From IMG/VR virus record IMGVR_UViG_3300043039_000107, positions 1 through 38,298 of that record: a stretch of 38,298 nucleotides of DNA; one strand, given 5' to 3'. Position numbers and translations under genes: made by a program. Below are positions 25,083-35,407 of the stretch, in pieces. Source of the stretch: a virus. Taxonomy: Duplodnaviria > Caudoviricetes. The notes beneath the pieces are model-generated. The model ran no database searches, had not been told where the DNA came from, and saw only the letters and a program-made list of their open reading frames with translations. Each line of letters begins with the position of its first letter. Within the stretch, counting starts at the first letter, position 1.

Positions 25083-25100
25083 AAGGGTTAATTTAACGGG
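25083..25100 (-). promoter_or_regulatory. putative phage-RNAP promoter, motif A copy 3
   Basis: CCCGTTAAATTAACCCTT, one mismatch to the other copies; upstream of the lysis genes. Confidence 0.65.
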
Positions 25101-25280
25101 TTTGTCGAGCCGTTATCGTCCAGTATCCTTATAATTGAAAACTATAAAGAAGAAAAGACTTTGAGGTGCCCAAGAGAGACTCTGCCCGTCCCCTGAGGGT
25201 GATACCATCCGGGCAGTGGCGATCGTTCCACCACCGCCCAAGACGGCCCAAATTTCACCATTTCTGGCGGTCGAAGTTGC

Positions 25281-25739
25281 TCAATTCGTGAGTCGATAGA
25301 TGAAGTAGGGGTTAGACTTCCAACCCTCTCTAAGAAGAATACGTTCAAATAAGTCCCGATTAGGTAATACACTAGAGGTTGTTACTACAGGGATTTTATG
25401 ACGTTTAGCAAACTGATACATATCTTCATGTATAGCAATTAAGGCTTTGATGGCGATAATTCCTTTTAATCCACTATGATACAGAATTTGGCCTAGAGCT
25501 CGCGTGGAACTATAGGGCATAGGTTCTGTAATATCTGCCAGAATCCATGCACATATTTCACCTTTATACTCTAAGACACGAAAATATTTAGCACGTCTTG
25601 AAAGGGTCATTATATTATTTGCACATTTAATATTATCCACCTTAAATCCTTCAGGGGCATATCTATCGAAATTAGAATGAGAAATTTCAAGACATTTACG
25701 AAGCTCCTGATTATTGCGTATTTTTCGAATTATAAACAT
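25281..25739 (-). CDS. GNAT-fold acetyltransferase-like protein
   Basis: IRK start, VLEYKGEICAWI beta-hairpin, FAKRHKI and LLREGWK end, typical of GNAT topology. Confidence 0.55.
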   Translation of the reverse strand: MFIIRKIRNNQELRKCLEISHSNFDRYAPEGFKVDNIKCANNIMTLSRRAKYFRVLEYKGEICAWILADITEPMPYSSTRALGQILYHSGLKGIIAIKALIAIHEDMYQFAKRHKIPVVTTSSVLPNRDLFERILLREGWKSNPYFIYRLTN

Positions 25740-25747
25740 ATTTACCC

Positions 25748-28700
25748 TTACGCTATCGCAATCCAGTTAACTACACCTGCATTATCCAACACCTGTGCAC
25801 TCGACAATACAAAAGAAGCATTTGCCAAGTTTACCGTATTCACAGCGGTACTATTATTAGAGGCAAGTTTACGCGTATAGATAGTGGCATGTAAATTTCG
25901 TGCTCTAATTTTTGCTTGGCCACTTACGTTTGAGAATGTAGCAGAAGCTTCAGCTTTATAACCGATAGAGGTTAGATAGTTTGTTGTCTCAAAAGAATGA
26001 GATCGATAATCAGGATAACTTGATGCATCATCATTATATGACTCATTCACGTCTGGATCAGATGCAGAAAGACAAGAAAGATAATCTAACTGAGTACCTG
26101 TAGGTAGAGATACTTTAGCTGTAGATCGATAATGAAAGCAATATAGCTTCCAAGCTAACTCAAAATCATATACAACACGATATATCTCATAAGGTGAAGT
26201 CGGTGTATAGGCGGCTAGCGTCATAAACTCTTCGTCAGAATCATTTACTTGAGTAGTACTTGACGAATAAGCGTTGGCATAAGCTTCTGCAAATAATGAC
26301 AGATTAGATCTTTCTACTGTCGGCCCTTCTTCATAAGATGTACCACCGGCTTCAAAGGTACCACCCATATCAGCCCATACTATACCCAAATAGTAATCAT
26401 AGGTATCACTAGTTAGAGTTCCTGTTTCAATAAACAAGGTATCGGCTGTCAAATCATCACCATTTGCAACTACAGTGGAAACCGAATCATATGGGTCTGA
26501 AGAACCATTCGGTCTATAATAAAGGGTAACTGTAGCTTTCCGATAATAATAATCAGGAACAGTCCCGGTACCACGAATACTGTTTATTGAACCATTTATC
26601 GAAATCTTCGTAGTATTTGCAGGAGTTGTGTTTACATTTGTGGTATAGTTTGAAGCTCCTTGGTAATAATCCGATAAAGGTGTTGTCGCTGCACCACTGT
26701 CTAATGTAAGCATACATTTAGGTGTGAATGAATACGTTCCATCCCCATTATCTATAACACCTTCATGGTATACTTCCCATCGTTGATTTTGATTCGCATA
26801 ATTCGCATCGTATGCTCGAAGGCTACTTAGAGATACTAATACTTTTGGAATTCTATCAAAATTTTGAAGAGTAACCTCATTATTACTCGTAGCTTGGCCC
26901 GTTAGTATTTGTTTAAGATACTTATATGCTTCATAATTCTTATAAAATACTAAATCCCCTTGTGTAAGCAAGCTATATGTGCCAGGCGTACCTGTCTCAG
27001 ATCTTACATCTGTACCGAGAGTACCCACAGTAATAGCATCTGCATTAAGATACTTGACATAGGTAGCAAAGTTTGATTCATTAATCTCATCAACAGTTGC
27101 AAAAGCCCCTTGATTCACGATAGAGGCAGCCACATTGTCGCCGGTAATATCTGCACCCTGCTCACACCAACCTTCAGTATAATTTTTAGCTGCAGCTTCA
27201 GCAGCATCAGCTTTAGCTTGAGCATCTGCAATAGCCCTAGCTTCTTCATCAGACACAATGCCATCTGCATAAGCATTTGCTTCAGTCTTTTTAAGATCAG
27301 CATAAGCATTTGCAGCAGCTGTTGCAGCTAACTCGGCAGCATCTGCGACACCATCAGCATAAGCCTGTGCCTCTACCTTTCTGGCATCAGCATATGCTTC
27401 AGCGGCAGCAATAGCGGCTAATTCAGCATCATCCGCTACACCATCTGCGTATGCTTCTACAGTAGTTTGCAATGCAACATTAGCTGCATCTGTATAAGCT
27501 TGAGCAGTATCTATTGCAGTTTGTTCAGACTCAGTGACAATCCCATCCGCATAAGCTTTAGCGGTTGTTTCTGCTAACATTGCTTTAGCATCTGAATAGT
27601 CTTGAATTGCTGTCTCAAGTACGGCAGAAATACTAGCACTTACTTCAGCAACAAGTGTTTCTAATGCTGCATAGTATGTTTCTGCAAAATCAACTAAAAG
27701 ACCATCGGAGATATCTACAGATGTTTCTGTATCAGACCAGACACCAATAGCCACTAGGTAAGACTCAAATTGATCTTTACTATTAACTACATCAAAGTAT
27801 ATAGTTTCAGATGTATCGACGCCATTAAGTGTTGCATAAGACAAAAGTGAGCTATGCTCAGATTCTAATTGATCCCATTGAGACCTTATTGTAGCTTTAT
27901 CAGCTGCCGTAAGAGTATCATCTGCAATCATATCATCAAACAACGAGAGTGCTTGAGTTGCATCTGCAGCAACACCATCTACTGTACCCGAAAGTGTATC
28001 AATCATTGATTGTGCACTTGCCAAGGCAGCAGCGGCTGAGCCTACAGGATCACTTGCGGCTTTAGCTGCAGCTTCAGCTGCATCAGCCTTTGCTTGAGCA
28101 TCTGCTATCGCTCTAATCTCTTCGTCTGATACGATACCATCGGCATAAGCTAATGCTTCAGTCTTCCTTGCATCAGCATAAGCCTGGGCACTTGCTATGG
28201 CAGCCGTTTCTGCATCATCAGCTACACCATCCGCATATGCTTCTATAGCAGTTTGTAAAACAACATCTGCAGCATCTGCATAAGCTTGAGCAGTATCTAT
28301 TGCATTCTGTTCAGCAGCTGTTACGATGCCATCTGCATAGGCGTTTGATGTTGTTTCAGCTAACATTGCTTTGGCTTCAGAATATTCTTCAGCGGCATCT
28401 TGAATTACGGCACTAATAGCTCCCGAAACTTCAGCGGTAAGTGTTTCGACAGCATTATAATAATTAGACGAAAGAGTAGATAAGGTATTATCAGTTTCAA
28501 AAGAATTATCTGGATCGGACCAACCACCGGCAGCTATTAAATAATTCTCAAGTGCAGTTTTTGACAACTCTAAATCAGTGTAGACAGTTTCAGTTGTATC
28601 AATACCATTAACTGAAGCATAGTATAGTAACCCAAAATACTCAGATTCAAATTGCGACCATTGTGACCTCAATGTAGCTTTATCAAGAGGTGACAGTGTA

Positions 28701-31700
28701 TTATCATCTGAAAGCTCTGCTATACTATTCATTGCGCTTGCTACATTCAAAGTAGCAGTATTTGCAATAGTTTCCACATCATCTATAAGAGCTTCTGCGG
28801 ATGCTAAGGCAGCATTAGCTTTTGTGGTTGCATCAGCTGTTTGAACTGAAGTCCAATCGTCAGCAGAATAAGATTGCTGAGAAGTTTTAGCAGTATAACA
28901 CCGCTTAATGTCGGTCCCTGTATCCCATAGATCACCAATATCATAGGGCACAGTAGGCGTAGCTACAAAGACTCTACGTTTAGAGTCTGCAACATCTAGT
29001 GCATTTGATGCCAAAGAAATTGCTTCAGTAATATCTGAATCTGTAACTAAAACCCAAACATAATTTGGATCATCAAAAGTGAAACGATAACAATAACCTG
29101 TATCACCATCGTAATATAAGTCACCTAGATGTGCAATTTTTAGAGCTTCAGTAGTCCAGTCTACAGCCGGTGCATTAGAAAGTGTAGGAATACCTGTTAA
29201 GAACCATGATGTAATATTACCATCAATCTGCGCCTGAATTGCTGCAAGGTCTGCATCATATGTAACAGCATCAACAAAATTAGCATCTACATAAGCTTTA
29301 GCAGCAGCTTCAGCGGCATCTGCTTTCGCTTGAGCGTCTGCTATGGCTCGTGTTTCCTCTGCATCTACTATACCATCTGCATAAGCTAGTGCTTCAGTCT
29401 TTTTAAGATCAGAATAAGCTTGAGCAGCATCTATAGCAGCCTGTTCAGCTGTTGATACAATACCATCTGCATAAGCTAGTGCTTCAGTCTTTTTAAGATC
29501 AGAATAAGCTTGAGCAGCTACAATAGCCGCTTGTTCAGCATCAGAAGCCGCACCATCAGCATAAGCTTGAGCCTCTGTTTTCTTGAGATCGGCATAAGCA
29601 TTTGCACTAGCAATAGCTGCTGTTTCAGCTGCATCAGCCACACCATCTGAGTATGCTTCTAGAGTAACCTGGAGAGCAGTATCAGCAGCATCAGAATAAG
29701 CTTGGGCAGTATCTATAGCAGTTTGTTCTGCAGTTGTTACGATACCATCTGCATAAGCTTTTGCAGTTGTTTCTGCAAGCAATGCTTGAGCTTCTGCATA
29801 GACTTCGCGAGCTTCTTGAATTTCAGCGCCTATTTCTTCAGCAGCAGCATTAAGGATATCTTGCAAAGATTGGGTATAGTTATCTGTTAATGTCTCAAAA
29901 GTATCGTCTGTTAAGACAAAAGCCACATCAGGTTCAGACCAAACACCGATTGAGATGAGATATGATTGTAATTTCAAATAAGCTAAATTGAAATCTTGAT
30001 AAACAGATTCTACAGCTGTTACACCATTTAAAATAGCATAATTAATTACATCATTATATTCTTTTGTTACGGTTTCCCATTGAGCTCTCAGTTTAGCTTT
30101 GTCAAATGATGTAATAACACCATCATCAGCCATTTGATCTACACGTGTAATTATTTCTGTTGTATCTGCTACAAGAGTTGCCGCTGCAACACCTGCTACA
30201 GCAGCTGTATCCGCAGAGATATTTTCAGAAGTAACATCTGCATTATCATCTGGTTTATTTCCATCATCTTGGATATTAGACCATACAGGTGACGATGCGT
30301 CGAGATTAAAGGCTCCATCAATTAAGAGTGTGCCGTCAGGCGCATATATCTCTATATCTGTACCAATAATCTTACCATCTTTTGTAATACGCCATCCTGT
30401 ACAAGATTCGCCTATAACAAGATTAAAGTTATTACTTTGAATAAGATTACCGATATTTTCATTCTCTACTACCGCCTTACCAAGTACAGCAGTCCCAATT
30501 GCAGCATTAGCCTGAGCATTCCACGCTATCTCAAAGCTTGTACCTAAATTAGTAGCGATTTGCCATACATGGTTTACAGGATCAAGGATACCTTTAAAGG
30601 TTTCCTTATCATTCACATGGAGATAATTATTAGGATTAGTATCTTTACTCCAATACACATATGCATCAGTGGTTGATCCTGCTGCAATTATATATTCAAT
30701 ACCTTGATACCAAACCGAGTGTTCATTCCATGAAAGTGTTCCTGCATCTACTGAGAAACTATCACCTTCTAGAACAGGAACAGTATATGCCTTACTAAAA
30801 CCTTCTGCAAAGTCTATCGCATTTGTAGTAGATGAAGATGTATCAATAGTAAACTCGAATGCACTTGAATAACTTACATTACCATTACCAAAGGCATCGT
30901 ATGCACCAACCTTAAAATAGTAAGTACCATCCGACGTTAAATTAATTGGCAGGCTATTGCTGTTATTTCCAACAATTGCATGTAGTGTTTCAGTTGATGG
31001 TATGAAATCTGATGTCTGTGATACATGAATTTCATATCCTTTTAGAGCTACTTCATCGACAGGCGTCCAATACAACTCAGCAGTACCGAAAGAAACATTT
31101 GCACCAAGGCCAACAACTTGTGCCGCTTGATTATTCACAGGAGATATTTGAGTAGGTGATCCTACATCACCATCTGTATCAACAGAATGAACTAATACAT
31201 CGAACTCTCGCAGTGGACCACCAGTGATACCAAGATTCTTAGCAAATGTAAATTCAAATACAGTATTCTTGCCAGTTGTCTCTGAATATAATACATTAGC
31301 TGGAATCTTCTCAGCATCTTTAGCATATACTTCTATCAGATAATGTTTCAACCAATCAAGATTTTCCCATATACCTGTTGGAGCATCCCATTCGATAATA
31401 CAATCATGATCAACAAAAGTAACGCCATCACCTGTTGAATTTTGTACTTTTAAATTTTCCACACCAACATTCATGTATGGAATAGATGAATAGAAAATAT
31501 CTACAGCTGCAGAATAAGCTATAGTATTCTCAATATATTGGACTTTGATTGTTTTAGATGTCGTATCAGTAAAACTATTCAGAACTAGTGAAGTCCCATT
31601 TTCACCCTCTTGCAATACACCATCAACATACCATGTGATCTCAGGTGAAACAAAATCATTCGAGATTGCATTTATTGTGATTGTTTCAGGGGTGATATTA

Positions 31701-34231
31701 CCTGGAGTTACTTCTTTAAATTGATTAGTGTCTACAATTAATGTTAAACTTCTATCCCAAAAGTTAGGAAGAAGTGTTGCTGTAGTTTCACTAGTATACT
31801 GCATCTTAGATTTAGCACCAGAATCTGAATAAGCTTGTACAGCAAAGATCGCAGACGGTGCTTCTAACGCAGGTAAAATAAAGAAAGGTTCCGTAGTTCG
31901 ACCTATCTCAGTAAATAATGGGAGATTAGTGTCTGTCTCACGAGGATCACCTGCAAGATGCGCATATACAATATATCCTGCAATAGTTTCATCGCTAACT
32001 GGATCCCAAGTAAGTTTACCAGACGAATTATAAATATTTATCGAGTCAGTTGAATATACAAGATTTTGGGGACGTGAAATAAAAGATTGATAGAGACTTC
32101 TTGGCCGAATATACTCATCATCAACTATATTCCATGCTAATTGAGTATAATCGAATCTTTCACCATTAACCTCACAAGTTTTGTCTTCATCTACTTTTAC
32201 ACTATTTACTTTAATGTAAAGTGGATTCTCAGGTGAACCAATTCCCACACGAGAACTTACTAACTTAATGAAGTCACCTGGCTCTAGATATTTATCACGT
32301 AAGACATATTTAAACTTAATTGTAAAAGCAGACCGGCTAGTTCGTACAGTTTCTTCTGCTTTAGCTAGTGCATGGTAGTAGTCTGTGATACCTTCAGCAA
32401 ATATCTCAGTCTCCATCTCAATATAACTATCTTCTTCAAGCATTTCTGAATAGACAGTGTCATCGAGATTCTTAACAATAAAGCTGTCATAATTAGGTTC
32501 ACGAGTAGTCCAGAGATACATACCACCTTGACTAATTGCTGCTGCCGCACATTTCTTCTCAGGATCTGTACTTGTATTGTGAATGACAATATCAATTTGG
32601 TAAACTTTATCAGCTACAACATCCCCAAGATTGACATCAGCAGATGAAGGCGCGCTGGTATAATCTGTAACATTATTTTGCGTTACTTCTTCTTGAGCGG
32701 CAACATCTGTAATAGTGACACTAACAATATCACCACCGTATTCAAGTTTACAAGTACCTGTATTTTCTTTTCGTACTACAAATTGATATGAGAGAGTTGC
32801 ATCATCAGTACCGTCCCAGACACCGAAAGATTCCTTAAATTGACCCAGAGCAGTATCGCCCCAAGAGCCAGTTTGAAGTCTGTAATAGGAACCACCAACA
32901 CCTTCAAAGTATGTCTTATTATACTTAGGTGGCCATGAGACAGAGTCTTCTTTGAATTCTTCACATTCATTATGATACTTTATAGTACAAAAATTTAATC
33001 GATCACTAGCACTTGGCCAAGAGATTTCAATATCTTGTTCTAGGCAGAGATCATCATCAGTAATCTCAATTACATTTTCAATTACATCATTAGATGAAGG
33101 ATACTGAAGTGAAAGTTTATACTTACCACCAGACCAAACTAATCGGGCATCACCCATTGTAGCAAGGATTGCCTCAACATTTTCACGAATAGGTTTGGTT
33201 GTATCAACAATCAGATTACACTCATAAAGAGGGATATCACGTTGAGTAATATAGCGTGTTTCATCAAAGGGCTGGTAGAACCAGCCGCCTACTGCTGCAT
33301 CTTGCTGTACAATCGTATCACATACTGCTGCAGCTGCTTCAAAAGATGCTAGGTCAATCTCTGATACAGGTATTCCCTTCCCTGAGATATTGTCCATCAA
33401 ATAGTCTAAGAGACACCACGCAGGGTTATTAGAATATGCAAATTCTGTACTTAAGACACCGCCGACAACTGTTCTTACCAACTTACCTTCAATCAGAAAC
33501 TGAACATCTGGAACAGAATTAAATTGAGGATCATCTCTATCCAGGCGTACAACCATTGATGCATAAGCCATATCATCAAAAGTTGCTTTCTGTCTTTCTG
33601 AGAAGTTTACGCCTGCAATAGCATCAGCGGTACCACCATTATTATGAACATCGATACGGAAAGCAGCCTTAGGGTGTCTAAAATTGTCCTCATAAGTACC
33701 GATATCATCATCTTTTAATGACCTTGATTCATCAATGACTACATCGTAACAATTATGAATTGGCCCTTGACATAAAGCTTGCTGTACAAAAAGGAATTCA
33801 TGGCGCTTACCGTCAAGATTTCTACTTAAGAGACCACCGTCACTCCCTGAGTATGTATGCTCAACCGTCTTAATTGTAGGACGTCTTACCCCAAGAGAAT
33901 CATATTCAGCATTATCATAATCCCATTCAAATGTAGTAAAAGTTCCAGATTGTCTTTGACGCGGACCCGCCTGTAGAACTTTATCTGCATTTGATTCAGT
34001 GTATTTAAATTTATTCCTAGATTTATGAAATACACGAACGCCACCAACCTTTGCTCTACCATACACCAGTGGTAGATTACTTGGTTCACCTTCAATCGGT
34101 ATTTCATAGCCCTTGCGAGCATCAGCTGCCTCTTTAGCTTTTTTCTTTGCCTTTTTAGCCTGTTTCATTTGATAGGCAACTGAGGCAGCAACGAGAACCA
34201 TCTGAATTACAAAACCAACTACTGAACCCAT
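25748..34231 (-). CDS. giant tail tip / central fibre (host-specificity protein J-like), 2827 aa
   Basis: LPLVYG..KVGG, NNPAWCLLDYL and YECN motifs of tail-tip proteins; FN3-like domains; long Ala-rich repeats; follows Dit and hub genes. Confidence 0.88.
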   Translation of the reverse strand: MGSVVGFVIQMVLVAASVAYQMKQAKKAKKKAKEAADARKGYEIPIEGEPSNLPLVYGRAKVGGVRVFHKSRNKFKYTESNADKVLQAGPRQRQSGTFTTFEWDYDNAEYDSLGVRRPTIKTVEHTYSGSDGGLLSRNLDGKRHEFLFVQQALCQGPIHNCYDVVIDESRSLKDDDIGTYEDNFRHPKAAFRIDVHNNGGTADAIAGVNFSERQKATFDDMAYASMVVRLDRDDPQFNSVPDVQFLIEGKLVRTVVGGVLSTEFAYSNNPAWCLLDYLMDNISGKGIPVSEIDLASFEAAAAVCDTIVQQDAAVGGWFYQPFDETRYITQRDIPLYECNLIVDTTKPIRENVEAILATMGDARLVWSGGKYKLSLQYPSSNDVIENVIEITDDDLCLEQDIEISWPSASDRLNFCTIKYHNECEEFKEDSVSWPPKYNKTYFEGVGGSYYRLQTGSWGDTALGQFKESFGVWDGTDDATLSYQFVVRKENTGTCKLEYGGDIVSVTITDVAAQEEVTQNNVTDYTSAPSSADVNLGDVVADKVYQIDIVIHNTSTDPEKKCAAAAISQGGMYLWTTREPNYDSFIVKNLDDTVYSEMLEEDSYIEMETEIFAEGITDYYHALAKAEETVRTSRSAFTIKFKYVLRDKYLEPGDFIKLVSSRVGIGSPENPLYIKVNSVKVDEDKTCEVNGERFDYTQLAWNIVDDEYIRPRSLYQSFISRPQNLVYSTDSINIYNSSGKLTWDPVSDETIAGYIVYAHLAGDPRETDTNLPLFTEIGRTTEPFFILPALEAPSAIFAVQAYSDSGAKSKMQYTSETTATLLPNFWDRSLTLIVDTNQFKEVTPGNITPETITINAISNDFVSPEITWYVDGVLQEGENGTSLVLNSFTDTTSKTIKVQYIENTIAYSAAVDIFYSSIPYMNVGVENLKVQNSTGDGVTFVDHDCIIEWDAPTGIWENLDWLKHYLIEVYAKDAEKIPANVLYSETTGKNTVFEFTFAKNLGITGGPLREFDVLVHSVDTDGDVGSPTQISPVNNQAAQVVGLGANVSFGTAELYWTPVDEVALKGYEIHVSQTSDFIPSTETLHAIVGNNSNSLPINLTSDGTYYFKVGAYDAFGNGNVSYSSAFEFTIDTSSSTTNAIDFAEGFSKAYTVPVLEGDSFSVDAGTLSWNEHSVWYQGIEYIIAAGSTTDAYVYWSKDTNPNNYLHVNDKETFKGILDPVNHVWQIATNLGTSFEIAWNAQANAAIGTAVLGKAVVENENIGNLIQSNNFNLVIGESCTGWRITKDGKIIGTDIEIYAPDGTLLIDGAFNLDASSPVWSNIQDDGNKPDDNADVTSENISADTAAVAGVAAATLVADTTEIITRVDQMADDGVITSFDKAKLRAQWETVTKEYNDVINYAILNGVTAVESVYQDFNLAYLKLQSYLISIGVWSEPDVAFVLTDDTFETLTDNYTQSLQDILNAAAEEIGAEIQEAREVYAEAQALLAETTAKAYADGIVTTAEQTAIDTAQAYSDAADTALQVTLEAYSDGVADAAETAAIASANAYADLKKTEAQAYADGAASDAEQAAIVAAQAYSDLKKTEALAYADGIVSTAEQAAIDAAQAYSDLKKTEALAYADGIVDAEETRAIADAQAKADAAEAAAKAYVDANFVDAVTYDADLAAIQAQIDGNITSWFLTGIPTLSNAPAVDWTTEALKIAHLGDLYYDGDTGYCYRFTFDDPNYVWVLVTDSDITEAISLASNALDVADSKRRVFVATPTVPYDIGDLWDTGTDIKRCYTAKTSQQSYSADDWTSVQTADATTKANAALASAEALIDDVETIANTATLNVASAMNSIAELSDDNTLSPLDKATLRSQWSQFESEYFGLLYYASVNGIDTTETVYTDLELSKTALENYLIAAGGWSDPDNSFETDNTLSTLSSNYYNAVETLTAEVSGAISAVIQDAAEEYSEAKAMLAETTSNAYADGIVTAAEQNAIDTAQAYADAADVVLQTAIEAYADGVADDAETAAIASAQAYADARKTEALAYADGIVSDEEIRAIADAQAKADAAEAAAKAASDPVGSAAAALASAQSMIDTLSGTVDGVAADATQALSLFDDMIADDTLTAADKATIRSQWDQLESEHSSLLSYATLNGVDTSETIYFDVVNSKDQFESYLVAIGVWSDTETSVDISDGLLVDFAETYYAALETLVAEVSASISAVLETAIQDYSDAKAMLAETTAKAYADGIVTESEQTAIDTAQAYTDAANVALQTTVEAYADGVADDAELAAIAAAEAYADARKVEAQAYADGVADAAELAATAAANAYADLKKTEANAYADGIVSDEEARAIADAQAKADAAEAAAKNYTEGWCEQGADITGDNVAASIVNQGAFATVDEINESNFATYVKYLNADAITVGTLGTDVRSETGTPGTYSLLTQGDLVFYKNYEAYKYLKQILTGQATSNNEVTLQNFDRIPKVLVSLSSLRAYDANYANQNQRWEVYHEGVIDNGDGTYSFTPKCMLTLDSGAATTPLSDYYQGASNYTTNVNTTPANTTKISINGSINSIRGTGTVPDYYYRKATVTLYYRPNGSSDPYDSVSTVVANGDDLTADTLFIETGTLTSDTYDYYLGIVWADMGGTFEAGGTSYEEGPTVERSNLSLFAEAYANAYSSSTTQVNDSDEEFMTLAAYTPTSPYEIYRVVYDFELAWKLYCFHYRSTAKVSLPTGTQLDYLSCLSASDPDVNESYNDDASSYPDYRSHSFETTNYLTSIGYKAEASATFSNVSGQAKIRARNLHATIYTRKLASNNSTAVNTVNLANASFVLSSAQVLDNAGVVNWIAIA
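27180..30130 (-). repeat. intragenic repeats: AYxD coiled-coil units and three DD..DKA.LR.QW domains
   Basis: 59-bp identical segments at 29370-29428 and 29460-29518 (90-bp period); domain copies near 30100, 28680 and 27900. Confidence 0.85.
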
Positions 34232-34815
34232 TATTCTTTACCCCACTTGAGTACAGATTTATTGGAACCTTCATATATTTGATCACAGCAAGTGTCTTCA
34301 GGATTTCTACGCTTAACTGCATCTTTACTCAAATATAAATTCTTCTTCAAATCTAAGTCTGACATAGGACTCGAACAAGTTATTTGAAGAATTGATTCAC
34401 CAATTTCATCTGTCTCTAATTTATAAGCATTAGCATCAATACGACCAACATAAGATGTTAACACCTCATTATCATTTAAAAGAGGCTGATTATTTTCAGG
34501 GTTTATAAAGCCAATATGTACAGCTACACGTTTACCTACTAGACCATTATCTGCAAATTCACCGGTAGTAAATAAGGGATCTGCAATATTTATCTTATAT
34601 TGCTCTCTATCTACAGTAGAGCTTAATTGCGGTGGGTCAATAGAGACAAGAGCTGCATTAGCTTCATATACATTATCTTGAAAAGTTATTTCATTAAAAT
34701 ATGTTGTAATACAATAGATTGTATTATCATTGATATCATAGATTCGCACCAGATAAAAATACTCTAATGCAGGCTGCATCAAAATATTTTGAAGAGTTTC
34801 ACTAAATTCAATCAT
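34231..34815 (-). CDS. minor tail / baseplate hub-like protein
   Basis: Lies between Dit and tip genes; Y.GRID, I.CSSPMSDL and LKWG motifs. Confidence 0.7.
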   Translation of the reverse strand: MIEFSETLQNILMQPALEYFYLVRIYDINDNTIYCITTYFNEITFQDNVYEANAALVSIDPPQLSSTVDREQYKINIADPLFTTGEFADNGLVGKRVAVHIGFINPENNQPLLNDNEVLTSYVGRIDANAYKLETDEIGESILQITCSSPMSDLDLKKNLYLSKDAVKRRNPEDTCCDQIYEGSNKSVLKWGKE

Positions 34816-35405
34816 ACAATTCGCTCCACCATTTTAATAGTTCCAGGACTCATTAACATCCCATCCTCGTAGACCATGCCTGTAACCACATCTGTATCAT
34901 AAAATACAGACATTAGCACATCATCACGATGATAAACAGTATCTAATGTGACATCTGATCTCAAGATAGGAAATATATACATAAGTCCCTCATCTGTTAA
35001 ATCTTGAGTAAGCATATAGATTTTACTATGATTATTAAATTTTACGAAGGTTCCCTTAGGAATTAATCCAACATTGTTTGTAATATTTACAAATGAGCTA
35101 CCTGCTGTACCCGTAGCTGCAGGAATTGAATTAGAGGTTCGTTTACGAACAACACCCATATTCTGTGGCATTTGTACCATTACAGTCTCAGAATGACCCT
35201 TTGTAACTAAACTGACAAGGAAGTCATTAGCGTCCTCCAAGAGAGGCACAACGGCAGTTTCGATTTCCCACCGCTGTGCCGTACTCTTTGATACTTGTCG
35301 TTTAAGAGAAAGGGTATCTGAAACAGAAATAGGCACATTACTTCGCACAGTTAAAGGTGCGGCAAATTCAGCAATTACACTTCCATTTTCATAGATACCG
35401 TACAT
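34812..35405 (-). CDS. distal tail protein (T5 pb9-like)
   Basis: Directly after the tape measure gene; AQRWEI...V.MPQ...G.FVKF.NH.KIYM...IFP.LR recalls T5 pb9. Confidence 0.7.
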   Translation of the reverse strand: MYGIYENGSVIAEFAAPLTVRSNVPISVSDTLSLKRQVSKSTAQRWEIETAVVPLLEDANDFLVSLVTKGHSETVMVQMPQNMGVVRKRTSNSIPAATGTAGSSFVNITNNVGLIPKGTFVKFNNHSKIYMLTQDLTDEGLMYIFPILRSDVTLDTVYHRDDVLMSVFYDTDVVTGMVYEDGMLMSPGTIKMVERIV

Positions 35406-35407
35406 AA

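Noticed and set aside
25228-25235. Chi-like GGTGGTGG on the minus strand
   Set aside because: Isolated occurrence with unknown host and no enrichment evidence.
27180-30130. Repeats as a CRISPR array or diversity-generating retroelement
   Set aside because: They are in-frame coding repeats without unique spacers; no adenine-specific template/variable pair or reverse transcriptase was seen.
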